Below, piece by piece: positions 60,660-64,000 of a DNA stretch of 64,000 nucleotides. The DNA is from Nemertoderma westbladi (taxonomy: Eukaryota; Animalia; Xenacoelomorpha). The first letter of the stretch is position 1; each line of letters begins with the position of its first letter. The position numbers and the translations under genes are program-made. The notes beneath the pieces were generated by a model, which saw only the letters and a program-made list of their open reading frames with translations, made no database searches and was not told the DNA's origin. The stretch is taken from positions 1 through 64,000 of the forward strand of contig JAUCBJ010008205.1 of NCBI GenBank assembly GCA_032718475.1, in the 5' to 3' direction.

Positions 60660-61520
60660 AAAGGTGAAGGCGATTATTTACAAATAGCACTATGGGAGTA
60701 CAGTAGATAATTGCTACCAATGAAGAAAAATAACATTTCGGATTTGATATGGTTAATGGATCAAATTGGACAACGCTTAGAATCAGAGGACGCTATGTCA
60801 CAATTCCAAAAAAAAACAGAGAATCAGGATAGCGGTTACAGTAGAAATGTAAACACAACGCCGACAGCAGCAGCATTACAAGTAGGAACAAGTCACAATA
60901 CAAATCAACATAGTGCTAATGTCGGACGTAGTAATAGCAATTCAACTTACTTAAATTCTTCGGCCAAGAATTTCGTAAGAAAGTCAAACCAACTGCACAA
61001 ACAGTCACCTAATGTAAGTCCTCCAGTTTCTGAGTACATTAAAAGTGTTTTCTATAATCAATCACATTATTCATCAGCATGCCACGTGATTCCAGAAGTA
61101 GATCAAAGGAGACAAATTCTAGAAAAAAAGGAATTGTGTTTCAACTGCAACTGTTTGGGTAACAGACACCTAGCTTGTAATTGTATACGTAACAAGCCTT
61201 GTTACAAATATAAATGGACTGGTCATAATATAGCAATATGCTATCGGCTTCAGAATCAAGGGAGTTCATCATACCATAAATCCAATATAACCAGGTACAA
61301 TGCATCGACTAGTAGCAACCAATATATGCCTAATAGTATGGTAGTCACGCAAGCACAAAGTGAATACCCAAGTGAAACAGCCAAAACATTAACAGTCAAT
61401 ATTCAGGCGTTAACTTCTAGTATATTATCATCAAACGGTTTACTACAAATGGCAGTGATGAAATGTAACACTGCAAATGCGAATAATAAAACATTAAATA
61501 CATTGTTGCACATTGCGAAC
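60660..61520 (+). pseudogene. BEL/Pao gag fragment from a different family
   Basis: HYSSAC...RRQILEKKELCFNC..LGNRHLACNC..PCYK..GHNIAIC...LLQMA. Confidence 0.8.
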
Positions 61521-61579
61521 ATTTGTAATCAACAATTATGGCACAACTTACAACATACCTATTGTCGATGAAGAACACG

Positions 61580-61700
61580 TTGTTTTTGGGGGATGAATAA
61601 TTGATTTTGGGGGATTAATAAATTGTTTTTGGGGAATTAAAAATTGTTTTTGGGGGATTAATAATTGTTTTTGGGGGATAAATAATTGTTTTTGGTGAGA
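61580..61700. repeat. About 21-bp tandem repeat
   Basis: AATAATTGTTTTTGGGGGAT(T/A) units. Confidence 0.8.
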
Positions 61701-62407
61701 GGGATATTCAAAATTGGGGGATGCGAATTGGTGATTACAAAAAAATATATTTGGTGCAAAATATATTATTTTGGTGTTCAATCCTCTAATTTGAGGTGAC
61801 ATTCAATTAGTGGTGATTATTATACATACTCCTCCTTTAACGAAGCCCATTCAACACCCTTATAAGACTGTGTGCTGTATTAATGCCTTAGTGGGCTGTC
61901 TCCAGTAATATGGTTTAGTCTCAGCTCCGGTTAAGTTAACAATCTGTCAATAATAAAAATGAAATCGACCCAATATTTAGTCAGAGCAAACAAATGGATG
62001 GCCAAGGAGACAGACACTCTGGATTTAGCTGAGTCGAGTTAAAACACTTCGCCATAATGACCAAATAGCCCATAGGAATACACTACTCATTTATTTGGCC
62101 ATTTTGGTCATTTTGGCCACCAAAATGCTTATTGGAATTGGGACTGTATGTAAACTACTTAAACAAGTTATGGGGGAAGATATTGAAAATTAGGCCTATT
62201 GTAATGGAAATACAGTCAATTTCTTATTCAAAGCATCATAGCATGAAAACTTTTCAGTGAAACATAAATAAAAATATTCATATAGTTCTCACAGGAATTT
62301 ATCATCAAAATGAATCATAAACCAACTTCTCAGAATGAAGACTTTTCAAAAAAGAGTATTTTTAAAATCCCCAATCGGGTAAAATGTTTCCCAGAAAATG
62401 CGTTTAA

Positions 62408-62595
62408 AGATAAAGGTATAGAAATTAGTTCATAAATTTTGATAATATTTCATAAATAGAGATCTATGATGTTTAAACTATATTATTTTCATTATAACAT
62501 GAAACATTTAGATAAAGGTATAGAAATTAGTTCATAAATTTTGATAATATTTCATAAATAGAGATCTATGATGTTTAAACTATATTATTTTCATT
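62408..62595. repeat. Local tandem duplication, period about 102 bp
   Basis: AGATAAAGGTATAGAAATTAG...TTTTCATTA occurs twice. Confidence 0.85.
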
Positions 62596-62904
62596 ATTCA
62601 TTAAAAGCCTGGTCGGGTCACATTCAGATGGAATTATGAAAACTCCCATAGAAAATAACAATAGTCATAGGGAGGGCCAATCACCTACTACTCATTATTT
62701 ATGACTGCAATGCGGTACTTTGCTGGAAGCATGAAGATGGCTTAGCAAATGCTCTGTTATTCAATAATCATAAAACAACTGCCTTCTATATCAAAATATG
62801 ATGCTCTTTTATGTGAAATTATCCATTTAAGCACCAATGAGTCTGAAACTTTACAGAAATTGAATGCAAACAACAATCTTCATCATATTTATCAATCAAT
62901 ACTG

Positions 62905-62998
62905 CAATAGATTGGACACAAACAGTTCTTCTACCCAATAGATTGGACACAAACAGTTCTTCTACCCAATAGATTGGACACAAACACTTCTTCTACCC
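62905..62998. repeat. 31-bp tandem repeat, 3 copies
   Basis: CAATAGATTGGACACAAACAGTTCTTCTACC repeated three times. Confidence 0.9.
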
Positions 62999-64000
62999 GA
63001 TATGTTTTGACAACATAGTCATGGGGAATAGGGAGTTGTGGTGGCACAAGTTTGTTGATGAGCTGTCATAGAATTCGTAATGCATGCTGCATTGGAGCAT
63101 GCCAATTGTGGATTATATGGTGGTGGTGACAAAATGTTTTTGTTAAGCTGGCATACCAATGTCAATGCGCAGCTGCTATGCAGCAGGGAGTGAAGTAGTA
63201 AATACAGAAATAAAATATAGTGAGACATACATTGTATGGACATTTCAGACATATATAATATACAGTCATGTATATGTATGACATGTAGGCCTATTTGGGT
63301 AACATTAATATTTTTTGTTCTGAAAGTAAATGGTTGTGCTTTGGTGCAAAATTATATATATTTTGAGAAAAAAATGTGTAAACTTTTAAGGATAGTCTAT
63401 CAAAATTGGCACTATAAAATTTTTGGTGATTATTCACTACTGGACTGTAAATCTTCATTTAGTGTCCAAGAGGAATGCTCTGTAAGCGGGACTTCGACTC
63501 ATTTAATCCTGTAGCAGAAAAGCGCCCCCTGCGCGTACTAGGTAATTTCAGTAACAATCTAAAACACTAAGGTCCATGGTCCCCCATGACAAATATTTTT
63601 CGCTATGGAGAGCATTCTCATAATAGACTACTGTATAACATATGTTTTGACAAGGAATCAAGGTATGGAAACAATTTTAAATACTTTAAAAATATCCTGT
63701 TTTCTTTACAATCCTCCAAATCCACCATGAATATAAGCTTTATTTGTAGATGGATTGCTTATAGTTTGTTTCCTACTTTGTGATTGTTTATTTAGGATGG
63801 GTGTACCTACCTTCCTGACCCTTTTAGCATTCGCTAAATATTATTGCAAGTTTCCTCTTCCGTTGCTGGCTCGTAGTTTGAAGTGGAATAGGATTGTGAC
63901 GAGATCTCGGTTAGCGAGAGATCACAACTGGTTGACTTGATGGTGGTTGTTCCCTACGCGCTCGCGCTGGCTACTGACTGGGTGGTTGACTTGGCTGTGG

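Overview
Repeat-dense, AT-rich DNA that looks like an invertebrate animal genome: mostly nested transposon fragments (RTE, L2/CR1, Penelope, pogo-like, Gypsy, BEL/Pao), tandem arrays, and one duplicated host exon (class C GPCR/GABA-B-like). The main feature is a young, nearly intact 16.25 kb BEL/Pao LTR retrotransposon (36321-52574; ~1.9 kb LTRs about 99% identical; TSD CTTAC; empty site preserved in an adjacent duplicated copy). It is unusual in several ways. (1) It has no tRNA-type PBS: the 11 nt right after the 5' LTR (GTAGGAATGTG) are the exact reverse complement of CACATTCCTAC inside its own LTR, which suggests self-priming. (2) Its termini are TA...TA instead of TG...CA. (3) Each LTR carries a tRNA-like A/B-box module whose 5' end is complementary to the sequence just after the PBS. 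(4) A 1241-aa extra ORF at the env position encodes a WRN/RNase D-like 3'-5' exonuclease plus three CCHC knuckles, and a divergent decayed homologue lies at ~26.2-28.7 kb next to a different LTR-like sequence. (5) A 20-bp imperfect palindrome recurs 7 times across coding linkers and UTRs. All calls are by-eye motif recognition; no searches or folding programs were run.
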